A DNA stretch of 64,000 nt from Peptococcaceae bacterium (GTDB lineage Bacteria; Bacillota; Peptococcia; DRI-13; UBA5745), in contig JAYFQF010000005.1 of NCBI GenBank assembly GCA_034927285.1, forward strand, positions 40,229-104,228. Direction: 5' to 3'. The translations under genes were made by a program, and so were the position numbers. Below, piece by piece: positions 1 to 11,231 of this stretch. The first letter of the stretch is position 1. Every line of letters starts with the position of its first letter. The notes under the pieces are model-generated. The model did no database searches and was not told the DNA's origin. It saw nothing but the letters and a program-made list of their open reading frames with translations.

Positions 1-1500
1 CTTTTTTCCGGCAAGATAAATTTCGGCGTCCAGGATTACCTGCCCCGCCGCCAGATTTTCCAGGCCGGTTGCCGGGTTTTCCTGCCCCGCCGCCAGTGCT
101 TCTTCAAAATCCGCCAGATTTTTAATTTTATGCAAAAACCACTTGTCGATGCGTCTGATCCGGTAGATCTCTTCCAGGGGCACTCCCTGGCGGATGGCCT
201 CGAAGATAGTGAACAGCCGCAGGTCGTCCACATCCTTCAGCTTCTCCCGGATATCCACCTCCTTCAGCCCGGGCAGGCTCAGGGTGTCCAGGCCGATCTC
301 CGCTCCCCGCACAGCTTTCATCAGGGCCATTTCAAAAGAGGGGGCGATGGCCATGACTTCGCCGGTGGCTTTCATCTGGGTGCCCAGCTTGCGGCTGGCC
401 CCCACGAATTTGTCAAAGGGCCATTTGGGAAATTTCACTACGCAATAGTCCAGAGCCGGCTCAACACAGGCGCAGGTCTTTCCCGTGATCTCGTTTTGGA
501 TCTCATCCAGGGTGTAGCCGATGGCGATCTTGGTGGTGACCTTGGCGATGGGATAGCCGGTGGCCTTGCTGGCCAGGGCTGAAGACCGGGAAACCCGGGG
601 GTTTACCTCGATGACGGCGTATTCAAAGCTTTGGGGGTCCAGGGCAAACTGGCAGTTGCAGCCCCCTTCGATGCCCAGCTCGGTGATAATGTCCAGGGAG
701 GCGCTTCTGAGCATCTGATATTCTTTATCGGACAAGGTCATGGCCGGGGCCACCACGATAGAGTCCCCGGTATGCACGCCCACGGGGTCAAAGTTTTCCA
801 TGCTGCAGACGGCGATAACGTTCCCCGCCCCGTCCCGCATGACCTCAAACTCGATTTCCTTCCAGCCGAAGATATAGCGCTCCACCAGGATCTGGGTGAT
901 GGGCGACAGCATCAGGCCGGTTTTGGCAATGATCTCCAGTTCTTTTTTGTCGGCGGCCACGCCGCCGCCGGCGCCGCCCAGGGTAAAGGCGGGACGGACG
1001 ATGACGGGATAGCCGATGTCCCCGGCGATCTCCAGGGCATGCTCCACGGTATAGGCGATAGCCGAAGGGATCACCGGCTGGCCGATTTTCACCATGGTGT
1101 CCCGAAAGAGCTGCCGGTCCTCGGCTTTGTCGATGGCCTCGGCGTTGGTTCCCAAAAGCCGCACGCCCATCCGGTCCAAAAAACCTTCTTTGGAAAGCTG
1201 CATGGCCACAGTGAGCCCCGTCTGACCTCCCAGAGAAGCCAGGAGGCTGTCGGGCCTTTCTTTTTCAATGATCCGCTTTACGGTTTCTTCCGTTAAGGGC
1301 TCCAGGTAAATCTCGTCGGCCAGGGCTTTATCGGTCATGATGGTGGCGGGATTGGAGTTCACCAGCACCACATTAATGCCGGCCTCTTTCAATACCCGGC
1401 AGGCCTGGGAGCCGGCATAATCAAATTCCGCGGCCTGGCCGATGACGATGGGGCCGGAGCCGATCACCAGCACTTTTTTGATATCCTTTTTCAGCGGCAC
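1..1500 (-). CDS. carB: carbamoyl-phosphate synthase large subunit (N-terminal ~500 aa; 3' end lies beyond the window edge)
   Basis: The minus-strand frame is open from position 1 to a GTG at 1498-1500, 1 nt after the carA stop. Hand translation [41 protein letters not shown] is the canonical CarB ATP-grasp N-terminus. It is missing from the ORF track because it is truncated. Confidence 0.9.
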   Translation of the reverse strand, partial: MPLKKDIKKVLVIGSGPIVIGQAAEFDYAGSQACRVLKEAGINVVLVNSNPATIMTDKALADEIYLEPLTEETVKRIIEKERPDSLLASLGGQTGLTVAMQLSKEGFLDRMGVRLLGTNAEAIDKAEDRQLFRDTMVKIGQPVIPSAIAYTVEHALEIAGDIGYPVIVRPAFTLGGAGGGVAADKKELEIIAKTGLMLSPITQILVERYIFGWKEIEFEVMRDGAGNVIAVCSMENFDPVGVHTGDSIVVAPAMTLSDKEYQMLRSASLDIITELGIEGGCNCQFALDPQSFEYAVIEVNPRVSRSSALASKATGYPIAKVTTKIAIGYTLDEIQNEITGKTCACVEPALDYCVVKFPKWPFDKFVGASRKLGTQMKATGEVMAIAPSFEMALMKAVRGAEIGLDTLSLPGLKEVDIREKLKDVDDLRLFTIFEAIRQGVPLEEIYRIRRIDKWFLHKIKNLADFEEALAAGQENPATGLENLAAGQVILDAEIYLAGKK

Positions 1501-1501
1501 G

Positions 1502-2590
1502 TTATTTTCCCTCCATCATCTTAATAAACCGGCTGAACAAAAGCTCCGTATCCTTGGGGCCGGAACAGGCCTCGGGATGAAACTGCACGGAAAAGGCCGA
1601 GAGCCCGGGATAATCCACGCCCTCGCAAGTGCCGTCGTTGGCGTTGACAAAGCTGATCTCACCGCCGGCGGCCTCCAGCCCCTCCCGGCAGACGGCGTAG
1701 CCGTGGTTTTGGCTGGAGATATAGGTGCGGCCGTTTTTCAGGTCCTTCACCGGCTGATTAGCGCCCCGGTGGCCGTATTTCAGCTTCATGGTCCGGCCGC
1801 CGGCCGCCAGGGCCAGCAGCTGATGACCCAGGCAGATGCCGAAAATCGGCAACTTGCCCAAGAGCTTTTTCAGCTGGGCGACGGCCTCCAGGTTATCCGC
1901 CGGGTCCCCGGGGCCGTTGGACAGCATGACGCCGTCGGGCTTTTCGGCCAGGATCTCTTCGGCGGCGGTGTCATAAGGCACTACGGTAACGGCGCAGTCC
2001 AGGCGCAAAAGGCAGCGCAGGATATTTTCTTTATGGCCGTAGTCGATCAGCACCACCCGGTGCCTGACTTCTCCCCGAGGCAGATATTCTTCTTTCTTTC
2101 CGGTACTGACGCTTTTTACGGCGTCCTCTATCCGGTATCCGGCGATATCCGCAAATAAAGCTGCCTTTTCCTCATCGGTTTTCGGCAGCTCATGAAGGAT
2201 TCTGGCGTTCATTACGCCGTACTCCCGGATAATCTTGGTGATCTCTCTGGTGTCCACATCGTAAACACCGGGGATCCCTTTTTCTTTTAAATACTGATCC
2301 AGGGTGGTTTCACAACGGAAATTCGAAGGAGCCGGGCAGTGCTCCCGGACAATGTAACCTTTGGCCACGCAGTCCCGGCTTTCCGCATCGGCGCCGATCA
2401 TCCCGTAATTCCCAATGAGGGGAAAGGTCTGCATGACAATCTGCCCGTAATAGCTGGGATCGGTCAGGGTCTCGATATAACCGCCCATGCCGGTGGTAAA
2501 TACCAGTTCCCCTGTGGCGTCCCCGCCGGCGCCAAAGGCCTTTCCTTCGAATATGTGGCCGTCCTGTAAGATAATATACGCTTTTTTCAT
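1502..2590 (-). CDS. carA: carbamoyl-phosphate synthase small (glutaminase) subunit
   Basis: ORF 1502-2671, trimmed to [16 protein letters not shown] at 2590, which is preceded by AGAGAGGGA. It contains the typical CarA motifs [14 protein letters not shown] and [11 protein letters not shown] (class-I amidotransferase Cys). Confidence 0.93.
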   Translation of the reverse strand: MKKAYIILQDGHIFEGKAFGAGGDATGELVFTTGMGGYIETLTDPSYYGQIVMQTFPLIGNYGMIGADAESRDCVAKGYIVREHCPAPSNFRCETTLDQYLKEKGIPGVYDVDTREITKIIREYGVMNARILHELPKTDEEKAALFADIAGYRIEDAVKSVSTGKKEEYLPRGEVRHRVVLIDYGHKENILRCLLRLDCAVTVVPYDTAAEEILAEKPDGVMLSNGPGDPADNLEAVAQLKKLLGKLPIFGICLGHQLLALAAGGRTMKLKYGHRGANQPVKDLKNGRTYISSQNHGYAVCREGLEAAGGEISFVNANDGTCEGVDYPGLSAFSVQFHPEACSGPKDTELLFSRFIKMMEGK

Positions 2591-2688
2591 CTGTCCCTCT
2601 CTTTGTTTTCCGCTTCTTTTCCGCCGGCTTGGTTTTCCGGCGGCCGCCGTCCCTTCCGGAGACGGCGGCATTTTCTCTTCATGATATT

Positions 2689-3924
2689 TTATCCGTTTTT
2701 CTCCTGTTTTCCAAGCAGAGATTTTAAAATTTTCACTGATTTTTTTAATTCCTCCCAGGAAATGTTCAGCGGAGGGAGTAAACGGATCTTCTCCTTGGCC
2801 GTCAGCAGGATCAGTCCCTGGCCGATGGCCTCCGCCACCGCTTCTTTGGCGGTGATTCCCGCGGGCCTGATCCCCAGCATCAGGCCCAGGCCGCTGACCT
2901 CTTCCACTCCGGGAGCATCTTCCAGCTCCTGCCGCAGATAATCCCCCTTGGCTTTCACTTCCGCCAGAAGTTCCGGAGTCAGCCGGCTGATAATACTGAC
3001 GGCCCCGGCGGCGCAGACCGGGTTGCCGCCGAAGGTGGAGCCGTGGTCGCCGGCCCCCAGCACGCCCTGCGTCTTTTCGTTAAATAAGGTGGCTCCCATG
3101 GGCAAACCGCCGGCCAGGCCTTTGGCGGTGCTGACCACATCAGGCTCCAGCCCGTAACTCATATAAGCGTATAAAGCGCCGGTACGTCCGTTGCCGGTCT
3201 GAACCTCGTCGATCAAAAGCAGAATATCCTTTTCCTTCGCCAAAAGGGCCACAGCCCCGGCATACTCCGGATCGATGACCCGCAATCCCCCTTCGCCCTG
3301 GATCAGCTCCAGCATGACGGCACAGACCCGGGGATTTTCCATGGCCTCTTTCATGGCCGGCAGATCGCCGGCGGGCACGTGGACGAAGCCTTCGGTGAAA
3401 GGAGTAAAATGGGTGTGGAAAGCGTCCTGGCCCGTGGCCGCCAGGGTGGTGATGGTCCGGCCGTGGAAGCTGTCCTTCAGGGTGATGATAACGTTGCGCT
3501 CCGCGCCGTATTTATCGGTGCCGTACTTTCTGGCGGTTTTGATGGCGCATTCATTGGCCTCGGCGCCGGAGTTGGAGAAAAAAACTTTCTTCATGCCGGT
3601 CTTTTCACAAAGCAGTTTAGCCAGCTGTACCTGAGGCTCGGTATAATACAGGTTGGAGGTATGCTGAAGCCGGCCCAATTGGGCGATGACCGCCTGCTGC
3701 CACTCTTCGTCGCCATAGCCGAAAGTGTTTACGGCGATCCCCGCTCCTAAGTCGATATATTCCCTGCCGGCTTCATCCCAGGCCCGGGCCCCTTTGCCCC
3801 TGGTCAGCAAAAGGTCGAAGCGGCCGTAAGTATTAGCGATATATTGTTTGTCTTCCTGCTTGACCTGCTCTTTTATCTGTTGATTCATCTGTTGATTTAT
3901 CTGTTGATTTATCTGGTCTTTCAT
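2689..3924 (-). CDS. argD: acetylornithine aminotransferase (class-III PLP aminotransferase)
   Basis: ORF 2689-3990. The likely start is MKDQINQQ at 3924 with GAGGAGGC upstream. Supporting sequence: SNSGAEANECAIKTARKY and DEVQTGNGRTG. It sits within the arg cluster. Confidence 0.9.
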   Translation of the reverse strand: MKDQINQQINQQMNQQIKEQVKQEDKQYIANTYGRFDLLLTRGKGARAWDEAGREYIDLGAGIAVNTFGYGDEEWQQAVIAQLGRLQHTSNLYYTEPQVQLAKLLCEKTGMKKVFFSNSGAEANECAIKTARKYGTDKYGAERNVIITLKDSFHGRTITTLAATGQDAFHTHFTPFTEGFVHVPAGDLPAMKEAMENPRVCAVMLELIQGEGGLRVIDPEYAGAVALLAKEKDILLLIDEVQTGNGRTGALYAYMSYGLEPDVVSTAKGLAGGLPMGATLFNEKTQGVLGAGDHGSTFGGNPVCAAGAVSIISRLTPELLAEVKAKGDYLRQELEDAPGVEEVSGLGLMLGIRPAGITAKEAVAEAIGQGLILLTAKEKIRLLPPLNISWEELKKSVKILKSLLGKQEKNG

Positions 3925-3958
3925 CCGGCTGCCTCCTCTACGCCAGTTCTGCTCCTTT

Positions 3959-4825
3959 TTATCCGATAAACATAGTGCCGATTCCCTCATCGGTAAGAGT
4001 CTCGATCAAAATCGCGTGAGGGATCCGGCCGTCGATAATAAAAACCTTCCGCACTCCCTGCCGGATAGCGTCCACACAGCAGGCTACCTTGGGAATCATC
4101 CCGCCGCAGATCACGCCTTCATTCACCAATTCTTCCGCCTCCCGGACGGTAACCTGGGAGATCAGGCTTCGGGGGTCCTCCTTATCCCGCATCAAGCCGG
4201 CGATATCCGTCATGGAAATCAGGCTTTCCGCCTTCAGCGTGCCGGCAATGCTGGCGGCGGCGGTATCGGCGTTGATGTTATAGACATTGCCTTCCTTATC
4301 GTAGCCCACAGAGGAGATCACCGGGATATAACCTTTTTCGATAATGTCGAAAATCGGCGTAGGATTTACCTTGACGATCTCGCCTACAAAACCCAGCTTA
4401 TCGTCGATTTTTCTGGCCTCGATCATCTGGCCGTCCATGCCGCAAAGGCCCATGGCCTTGCCGCCGATATTGCCGATGAAATTTACCAGGCTTTTGTTGA
4501 TCTTGCCGGCCAGCACCATCTGCACCACTTCCGCGGTTTCCGCATCGGTAACCCGCAGGCCGTTATAAAACTCGCTTTTTTTGCCCATTTTGGCCAGGGT
4601 TTCGGAAATTTCCGGGCCGCCGCCGTGGACCAGCACCACCTTGATGCCCACTAAGGACATCAGGACGATATCTCCCATCACCGCATGCTTCAGTTCTTCA
4701 TTGACCATAGCGTTGCCGCCGTATTTTACCACGACGATTTTATTATAATAACGCTGGATATAGGGCAGGGCGTGAATCAGGACTTCCGCCCGGTTGGCGT
4801 TGGTTAAATCCGTATGCACGTTCAT
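3959..4825 (-). CDS. argB: acetylglutamate kinase
   Basis: ORF 3959-4852, trimmed to MNVHTDL at 4825. It contains VVKYGGNAM and VLVHGGGPEI, typical of ArgB. Confidence 0.93.
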   Translation of the reverse strand: MNVHTDLTNANRAEVLIHALPYIQRYYNKIVVVKYGGNAMVNEELKHAVMGDIVLMSLVGIKVVLVHGGGPEISETLAKMGKKSEFYNGLRVTDAETAEVVQMVLAGKINKSLVNFIGNIGGKAMGLCGMDGQMIEARKIDDKLGFVGEIVKVNPTPIFDIIEKGYIPVISSVGYDKEGNVYNINADTAAASIAGTLKAESLISMTDIAGLMRDKEDPRSLISQVTVREAEELVNEGVICGGMIPKVACCVDAIRQGVRKVFIIDGRIPHAILIETLTDEGIGTMFIG

Positions 4826-4949
4826 CTGTCGTTCCTCTCTTCCTGCGGTCATCCCGTACCTTCGGCCGTACCGGCCAAGGCGGGGAAGATCCGGAGCTTT
4901 CCCCGCCTGGCCGCCGAAGGTATCTTTTGCCCGCCGGCGTCTTACCGGC

Positions 4950-6170
4950 CTAAGACCGGTAGTCCCCGTTGATTTTTACGTAATCGTAAGTCAGGTCGCA
5001 GCCCCAGGCCGTAGCCGTGGCCTCTCCCTGGTTCAGCCGGACGTCGATGAGGATCGCGTCTTTGGTCAGCACTTTTTTGGCAAACTCCTCGGAAAAGTCC
5101 ACGCCCCGGCCCTTTTGGCAGACTAAAAACCGGCCGGCGGCAGACCCCAGGTTCACGTCGATATTATTTACGTCCACATCGGCGCCGCTGTAGCCGATGG
5201 CGCAAAGGATCCGCCCCCAGTTGGCGTCGGCGCCGAACATCGCCGCTTTCAGCAGGTTGGAGCAGATTACGCTCTTGGCCACTTTCCGGGCGGCAGCTTT
5301 ATCTTTGGCGCCGGAAACGGCGCATTCCAAAAGCTTGGTGGCTCCTTCGCCGTCCCTGGCGATTGCTTTGGACAGCCAGGTGGTGACGGTATTCAGAGCG
5401 GCGGCAAAGGCGGCGTAGTCCTCCCCTTCTTTGTCGATAACCGGGTTCCCAGCCTGGCCGTTGGCCATGACGCTGACCATGTCGTTGGTGGAAGTATCGC
5501 CGTCCACACTGATCATGTTGAAGGTATCCTCAATGTCGGCGGACAGAGCTTTCTGCAAAAGGCCGGGGCTGATGGCCGCGTCAGTGGTGATGAAGACCAG
5601 CATGGTGGCCATGTTGGGATGGATCATGCCCGAGCCCTTGGCGATGCCCCCCATCCGGCAGGTTTTGCCGCCCAGGGTAAATTCCAGAGCAACCTCTTTT
5701 TCCGCGGTATCGGTGGTCATGATGGCGGCGGAAGCGGCTTTGCTGCCGGCGGCTTCCGCGGTGAGGCATTTCACCAGCTCATCCATGCCGGCGGCCATAG
5801 GCTCCAGGGACAGAGGCTGGCCGATGACGCCGGTGGAGGCCACGATCACGTCGGCGGCGGAAATCCCGGCAGCTTTTGCCAAAAGCCGGCACATGCCCTG
5901 GGCGATCTCGATGCCGTCGGCATTGCAGGTATTGGCATTGCCGCTGTTACAAATAATGGCCTGGGCATAGCCGTCGGCGATATTGGCTTTTGTGACGTCG
6001 ATGGGAGCGCCTTTCACCAGGTTCTGGGTATAGACTGAAGCCGCCGCCGCCTTGGTCCGGCTCAGGATCAGGGCCAGGTCTTTTTTCTCTTTGTTTTTCC
6101 GGATGCCGCAGTGGATGCCGCTGGCGGAAAAGCCTTTGGGGGCGCAAACGCCGCCGGGGATTGTTTTCAT
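4950..6170 (-). CDS. argJ: bifunctional glutamate N-acetyltransferase / amino-acid acetyltransferase (ornithine acetyltransferase)
   Basis: 406 aa. MKTIPGGVCAPKGF at the N-terminus and HPNMATMLVFITTDA (autoproteolytic Thr site) are diagnostic of ArgJ. An AAGGAGAG RBS is present. Confidence 0.93.
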   Translation of the reverse strand: MKTIPGGVCAPKGFSASGIHCGIRKNKEKKDLALILSRTKAAAASVYTQNLVKGAPIDVTKANIADGYAQAIICNSGNANTCNADGIEIAQGMCRLLAKAAGISAADVIVASTGVIGQPLSLEPMAAGMDELVKCLTAEAAGSKAASAAIMTTDTAEKEVALEFTLGGKTCRMGGIAKGSGMIHPNMATMLVFITTDAAISPGLLQKALSADIEDTFNMISVDGDTSTNDMVSVMANGQAGNPVIDKEGEDYAAFAAALNTVTTWLSKAIARDGEGATKLLECAVSGAKDKAAARKVAKSVICSNLLKAAMFGADANWGRILCAIGYSGADVDVNNIDVNLGSAAGRFLVCQKGRGVDFSEEFAKKVLTKDAILIDVRLNQGEATATAWGCDLTYDYVKINGDYRS

Positions 6171-6335
6171 CTCGATCTCTCCTTCTTCGTATCGGCGGCC
6201 AGACCGCCCTTTCGGGCGGCTGCCGCCGTTGTTTGTTTCATTTTTTATGCCGGTCTTTTCTGCTTTTATGCCGGCCTTTTCTGCCGGTCTGCTTGCGGCT
6301 GCCTGTTTATCAAATCTGGCAGGCCGCCCCGGCCT

Positions 6336-7286
6336 TCATCGGTTCAGCCCTTCGGTTTCTTCTTTGCCGGTCATAATATTCAGGCACTGGACCGCGGCGC
6401 CGGAAGCTCCCTTGCCCAGATTATCAAAGCGGGCCGCCAAAAGCAGCCGCTCCCGGTTGCCCGCCACAATGATCTCCATCGTATCCTTACCCGCCAGCCG
6501 GCCGGCCGGCAGAAACCCGTCTTCCGGAGTACCAAAAGGCGCCACGGTCACCAGCTGCTGGCCGGCGTAGTGCCGGGCAAAGATTTCCCAAAGCTGCTCC
6601 GGCTCCACCTTTTTCTTCATCAGGTGGGAAAAAAGCGGTACCGTTACCGCCATACCGCTGTAAAAGTCAGCTACGATGGGGCTGAAGACCGGAGCCAGGG
6701 CAAGGCCGGGGATCTTCTGCATCTCCGGCAGGTGTTTATGGCTTTGGCTAAGGCCGTATTGGCGGGGACTGCTCAGGTCCGGGCTGCGGTCCGGCGCCTC
6801 ATACTCAGCGATCATTTTCTTGCCGCCGCCGCTGTAACCGGTGACGGAATAAGCGACAAACGGATAATCCGCCGCTACCAATCCGGCGGTCGTCAGGGGA
6901 TAGGCCAGGGCGATAAAACCGCTGGCGTGGCAGCCGGGAACCGCGATCCGGTTCCCCGTGCGGATAGCCTGCCGGTGGGCCGGGGAAAGCTCGGGAAAGC
7001 CGTAGCTCCAGCCATCCTGGGTCCTATGGGCTGTGGAGGCGTCGATAATGCGTACCGCCTGGTTTTCAACCAGGGAAACCGACTCCCTGGCCGCCGCGTC
7101 GGGCAGGCAGAGGATCGTGATGTCGGAGGTATTGATCAGGCGTCTTCGCTCTTCCAGGTCCTTACGCCTTTCCTCCGGTACGGACAAAAGCTCCAGATCC
7201 TGGCGGCCGCCCAGCCGCCGGGTGATCCTCAGCCCTGTGGTCCCCTCCTTGCCATCAATGAACACTTTGGTCTTTTTCGCGCTCAT
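6336..7286 (-). CDS. argC: N-acetyl-gamma-glutamyl-phosphate reductase (short 'uncommon' form)
   Basis: 316 aa. KVFIDGKEGTTGL at the N-terminus and GCHASGFI (catalytic Cys) are present. It is the first gene of the arg cluster. Confidence 0.9.
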   Translation of the reverse strand: MSAKKTKVFIDGKEGTTGLRITRRLGGRQDLELLSVPEERRKDLEERRRLINTSDITILCLPDAAARESVSLVENQAVRIIDASTAHRTQDGWSYGFPELSPAHRQAIRTGNRIAVPGCHASGFIALAYPLTTAGLVAADYPFVAYSVTGYSGGGKKMIAEYEAPDRSPDLSSPRQYGLSQSHKHLPEMQKIPGLALAPVFSPIVADFYSGMAVTVPLFSHLMKKKVEPEQLWEIFARHYAGQQLVTVAPFGTPEDGFLPAGRLAGKDTMEIIVAGNRERLLLAARFDNLGKGASGAAVQCLNIMTGKEETEGLNR

Positions 7287-7396
7287 CGGGCCTCTCCTTT
7301 CTTTTCTTCGGAACTGCCGGCAGACTCGGTTCCTGGTTTTTCAGACCGCTGCCGGTAAATCAGCCCGGAAACCTCCCGGCTGATCTTCTCTTTTTA

Positions 7397-7448
7397 ATTA
7401 TACGCCGAAGATGCATCCTGTCAAGATAAATATGAATATTTATACGAA
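7397..7448 (-). promoter_or_regulatory. arg operon sigma-A promoter plus candidate ArgR/AhrC ARG box
   Basis: On the minus strand, TTGACA (7424-7419), a 16-nt spacer and TATAAT (7402-7397). Immediately upstream is TATGAATATTTATACGAA (7431-7448), which resembles the ARG-box consensus TNTGAATWWWWATTCANW. Confidence 0.5.
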
Positions 7449-7971
7449 AATATTTCGATAAACTGGATGAGTTCTTGCATAAATTCCAGGAACGCTGCAT
7501 AAACCCCAGTTGAGACTATCCCCTCCCTTTATCCCGGCCCCATAAATTCATCCCGGGCGGATTTTCCGCTTTTCCCGGAGCCAGGCTCACCCACGATACC
7601 GGGCCTGCGCTATCCCGGTCCCGGCGGGAAAGCGGCACGGGCTTTTGTCCGCGCCCTCCAAAGAAGGGGCAGCAAAATTTGCTTTTGTCCCCAAGCAGGG
7701 ACGGTTTCTGATTCGCCGGCGGCAGGTTCACCCCGGCCCGGCGCCGGTCTCTCCAAAGAGGGGCGGGCCGCCGTGCTTTTCCCTATGCCGGCAGATTTTC
7801 CCCCAGCCTCAGGAGGCTTTATCCGGAGGGTTCAGGATAGTTTATGATAAATACACGATTCAAAGACGGCTTTTTCTTTTGCCGGGTCTTGCAGTCCGTC
7901 CCGGCAGATGGGATAATAGGAAAGGACAGGATTTGTTATTTCTTTTTAATGTTTTTGCGAGGTGAACTATT

Positions 7972-9654
7972 TTGCCCTATAAACCGGTTATGCTAATCAT
8001 TATGGACGGCTTCGGCATCGGCGACGGCTCCGATCCGGCTCACGACGCCACGGTCCAGGCCAGGACCCCTTGCCTGGACCGGCTGAAGGCCGCATACCCT
8101 TATACGACCCTGGAAGCCAGCGGCGAGGCGGTAGGTCTGCCGGAAGGCCAGATGGGAAATTCCGAGGTGGGTCATTTGAATATCGGCGCCGGACGGGTAG
8201 TCTATCAGGATCTGACCCGGATTAATCTGGCGGTACGGGACGGCAGCATCATGGCCAATGCCCATCTCTTGGAGGCCTGTCAAAAGGCCAAGGCCGAAAG
8301 CCGGCCCCTGCACCTTCTGGGCCTGGTGTCAAACGGCGGCGTACACAGCCAGATGAGCCATCTTTACGCTTTACTGGAGCTGGCAAAAAGTCAGTCGGTT
8401 CCCCAGGTCTATGTCCATGCTCTCCTGGATGGCCGGGATACGCCGCCCCAGAGCGCTCTGGGTTTTATCCGGGAACTGGAGGAACGGATGAGCCGGGAAG
8501 GCCTGGGCCGCATCGCCACCGTCGGCGGACGCTATTACACCATGGACCGCGATAAGCGCTGGGACCGGGTGGAAAAGGGCTACCGGGCCTTGGCTTACGG
8601 CCAGGGTCTGAAAGCGGCTTCCGCTGTGGACGCCATCCTGTCCGCCTATGGTCAGGGCGTCACCGACGAGTTTATCGAGCCCACCGTCATTGTGTCGGAC
8701 AGCTGCCGGACCGGCGCTGCCGTCCCCGGGCAAACAGCCGGCAGCGGGATTCTCCCGGGGATCGCCGGATCAGCGTCTCCGGCCGGCGGCCTGAACGACG
8801 CTTATGCCGAAGGGGCTTTTTGCAGCGCGGTGGACGACGGACAGCCTCTGGCCGTTATTAACGACGGAGATCCGTTGATTATGTTTAATTTCCGCACCGA
8901 CCGGCTGCGGGAGATCTGCCATGCCTTTACCGACCGGGACTTTCCTTATTTTTCCCGCAAGAATCCCTGCCGGCCTTTTATCGTCACCATGACTCAATAC
9001 GAAGCCTGTCTGCCGGTAAAAGCGGCCTTCCCGCCCCAGAACCTGGAAAACACCCTGGGCCAGACGGTAGCCTGGGCCGGGGGCCGGCAGCTGCGGATCG
9101 CCGAAACGGAAAAATATGCTCATGTCACCTTTTTCTTTAACGGCGGCGTGGATGTGCCCAATGAAAAAGAGGATCGCATCCTGATCCCTTCGCCCAAGGT
9201 GGCCACCTATGATATGCAGCCGGAAATGAGCGCCCCTGAAGTAGGCGCCGCGGTAAATGAGCAGATCCTTTCCGGAAAATACGACCTGATTATTTTAAAT
9301 TATGCCAACCCCGACATGGTAGGCCATACCGGCGTCATGACCGCGGCCATCAAAGCGGTGGAAACCGTAGACTACTGGGTGGGAAAAAATGTGGCCGCCG
9401 TATTGCAGATGGGCGGCGCGGTCCTGGTCACCGCCGACCATGGCAATGCGGAAACCATGTGGGACCCCAGGAATAACAGCCCCCAAACCTGCCACAGCTG
9501 CCGGCCGGTGCCCTGCATCCTGGCGGCGGAGGCGGCCCCGGACCTGCGTTCCGGCGGCGCCCTCTGCGACCTGGCCCCCACCATCCTGGAACTGATGGGC
9601 ATCGTCCAGCCTCCCGAAATGACGGGCCGGAGCCTGATCCGCCATCAGGATTAG
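7972..9654 (+). CDS. gpmI: 2,3-bisphosphoglycerate-independent phosphoglycerate mutase, with a ~45-aa low-complexity insertion
   Basis: TTG start at 7972, 8 nt after GAGGTG. Contains IMDGFGIG, GNSEVGHLNIGAGR and ADHGNAE (metal and phosphoserine motifs). Confidence 0.92.
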   Translation: MPYKPVMLIIMDGFGIGDGSDPAHDATVQARTPCLDRLKAAYPYTTLEASGEAVGLPEGQMGNSEVGHLNIGAGRVVYQDLTRINLAVRDGSIMANAHLLEACQKAKAESRPLHLLGLVSNGGVHSQMSHLYALLELAKSQSVPQVYVHALLDGRDTPPQSALGFIRELEERMSREGLGRIATVGGRYYTMDRDKRWDRVEKGYRALAYGQGLKAASAVDAILSAYGQGVTDEFIEPTVIVSDSCRTGAAVPGQTAGSGILPGIAGSASPAGGLNDAYAEGAFCSAVDDGQPLAVINDGDPLIMFNFRTDRLREICHAFTDRDFPYFSRKNPCRPFIVTMTQYEACLPVKAAFPPQNLENTLGQTVAWAGGRQLRIAETEKYAHVTFFFNGGVDVPNEKEDRILIPSPKVATYDMQPEMSAPEVGAAVNEQILSGKYDLIILNYANPDMVGHTGVMTAAIKAVETVDYWVGKNVAAVLQMGGAVLVTADHGNAETMWDPRNNSPQTCHSCRPVPCILAAEAAPDLRSGGALCDLAPTILELMGIVQPPEMTGRSLIRHQD

Positions 9655-9687
9655 GGTTTATCACACCAGAAGTTAATATTATTTTAG

Positions 9688-11004
<1,317 letters not shown>

Positions 11005-11016
11005 TTTTTCGTTGTT

Positions 11017-11052
11017 GGAAAGATGCCCTGACGTCGGCCAGGGCATCTTTCC
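11017..11052 (+). other. 14-bp perfect hairpin just downstream of eno
   Basis: GGAAAGATGCCCTG-N8-CAGGGCATCTTTCC. No clean U-run follows, so this may be a stabiliser or pause hairpin. Confidence 0.5.
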
Positions 11053-11071
11053 AGAAAAAAGCGGACAAAAA

Positions 11072-11112
11072 AAGCATTGAAAGCGTAGTGTTTTCAATGC
11101 TTTTCTCTTTTG
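11072..11112. terminator. bidirectional rho-independent terminator (eno and the CDF-like gene)
   Basis: AAAAGCATTGAAA-N8-TTTCAATGCTTTT, flanked by an A-run on one side and a T-run on the other. Confidence 0.75.
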
Positions 11113-11231
11113 TTCAAAATCGGAATTGATGCGTTATGCCGTTGTGAAAAACCGTGTATCAAAAGTGGAAACTTCAAGCCCACGGCAGGCCGGCGGGTAA
11201 TTTTTGTCCCGTCCCCTTTGCATGGGCAATT

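Noticed and set aside
2591-2671. N-terminal extensions of many track ORFs: carA, argD, argB, DUF218, MTHFS, cbiQ, cbiN, glnQ-like, SBP, nupO-like, FAD protein, L9, YybS, SSB, GntR2 and TetR.
   Set aside because: In each case an internal start codon preceded by a GGAGG-like RBS coincides with the conserved N-terminus of the family. The upstream residues are Arg-rich read-through of intergenic DNA.
6111-7358. 415-aa plus-strand ORF. Similar long ORFs occur at 130-582, 631-1296, 1442-2158, 4016-4654, 5431-5970, 10057-11097, 13382-14143, 13591-14532, 27349-28266, 32553-33242, 35633-36814, 37254-37829, 39159-39944, 40171-40980, 45957-46958, 52891-53472 and 58236-58778.
   Set aside because: All lie antisense to (or out of frame within) genes with unmistakable conserved products. 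Their translations are Arg/Gly/Pro/Ala/His-rich with no motifs. They are classic shadow ORFs of high-GC DNA.
7516-7965. Track ORFs 7516-7731 (minus) and 7645-7965 (plus) in the arg-gpmI spacer.
   Set aside because: They overlap each other on opposite strands, lack RBSs, and have Arg/Pro/Gly-rich composition.
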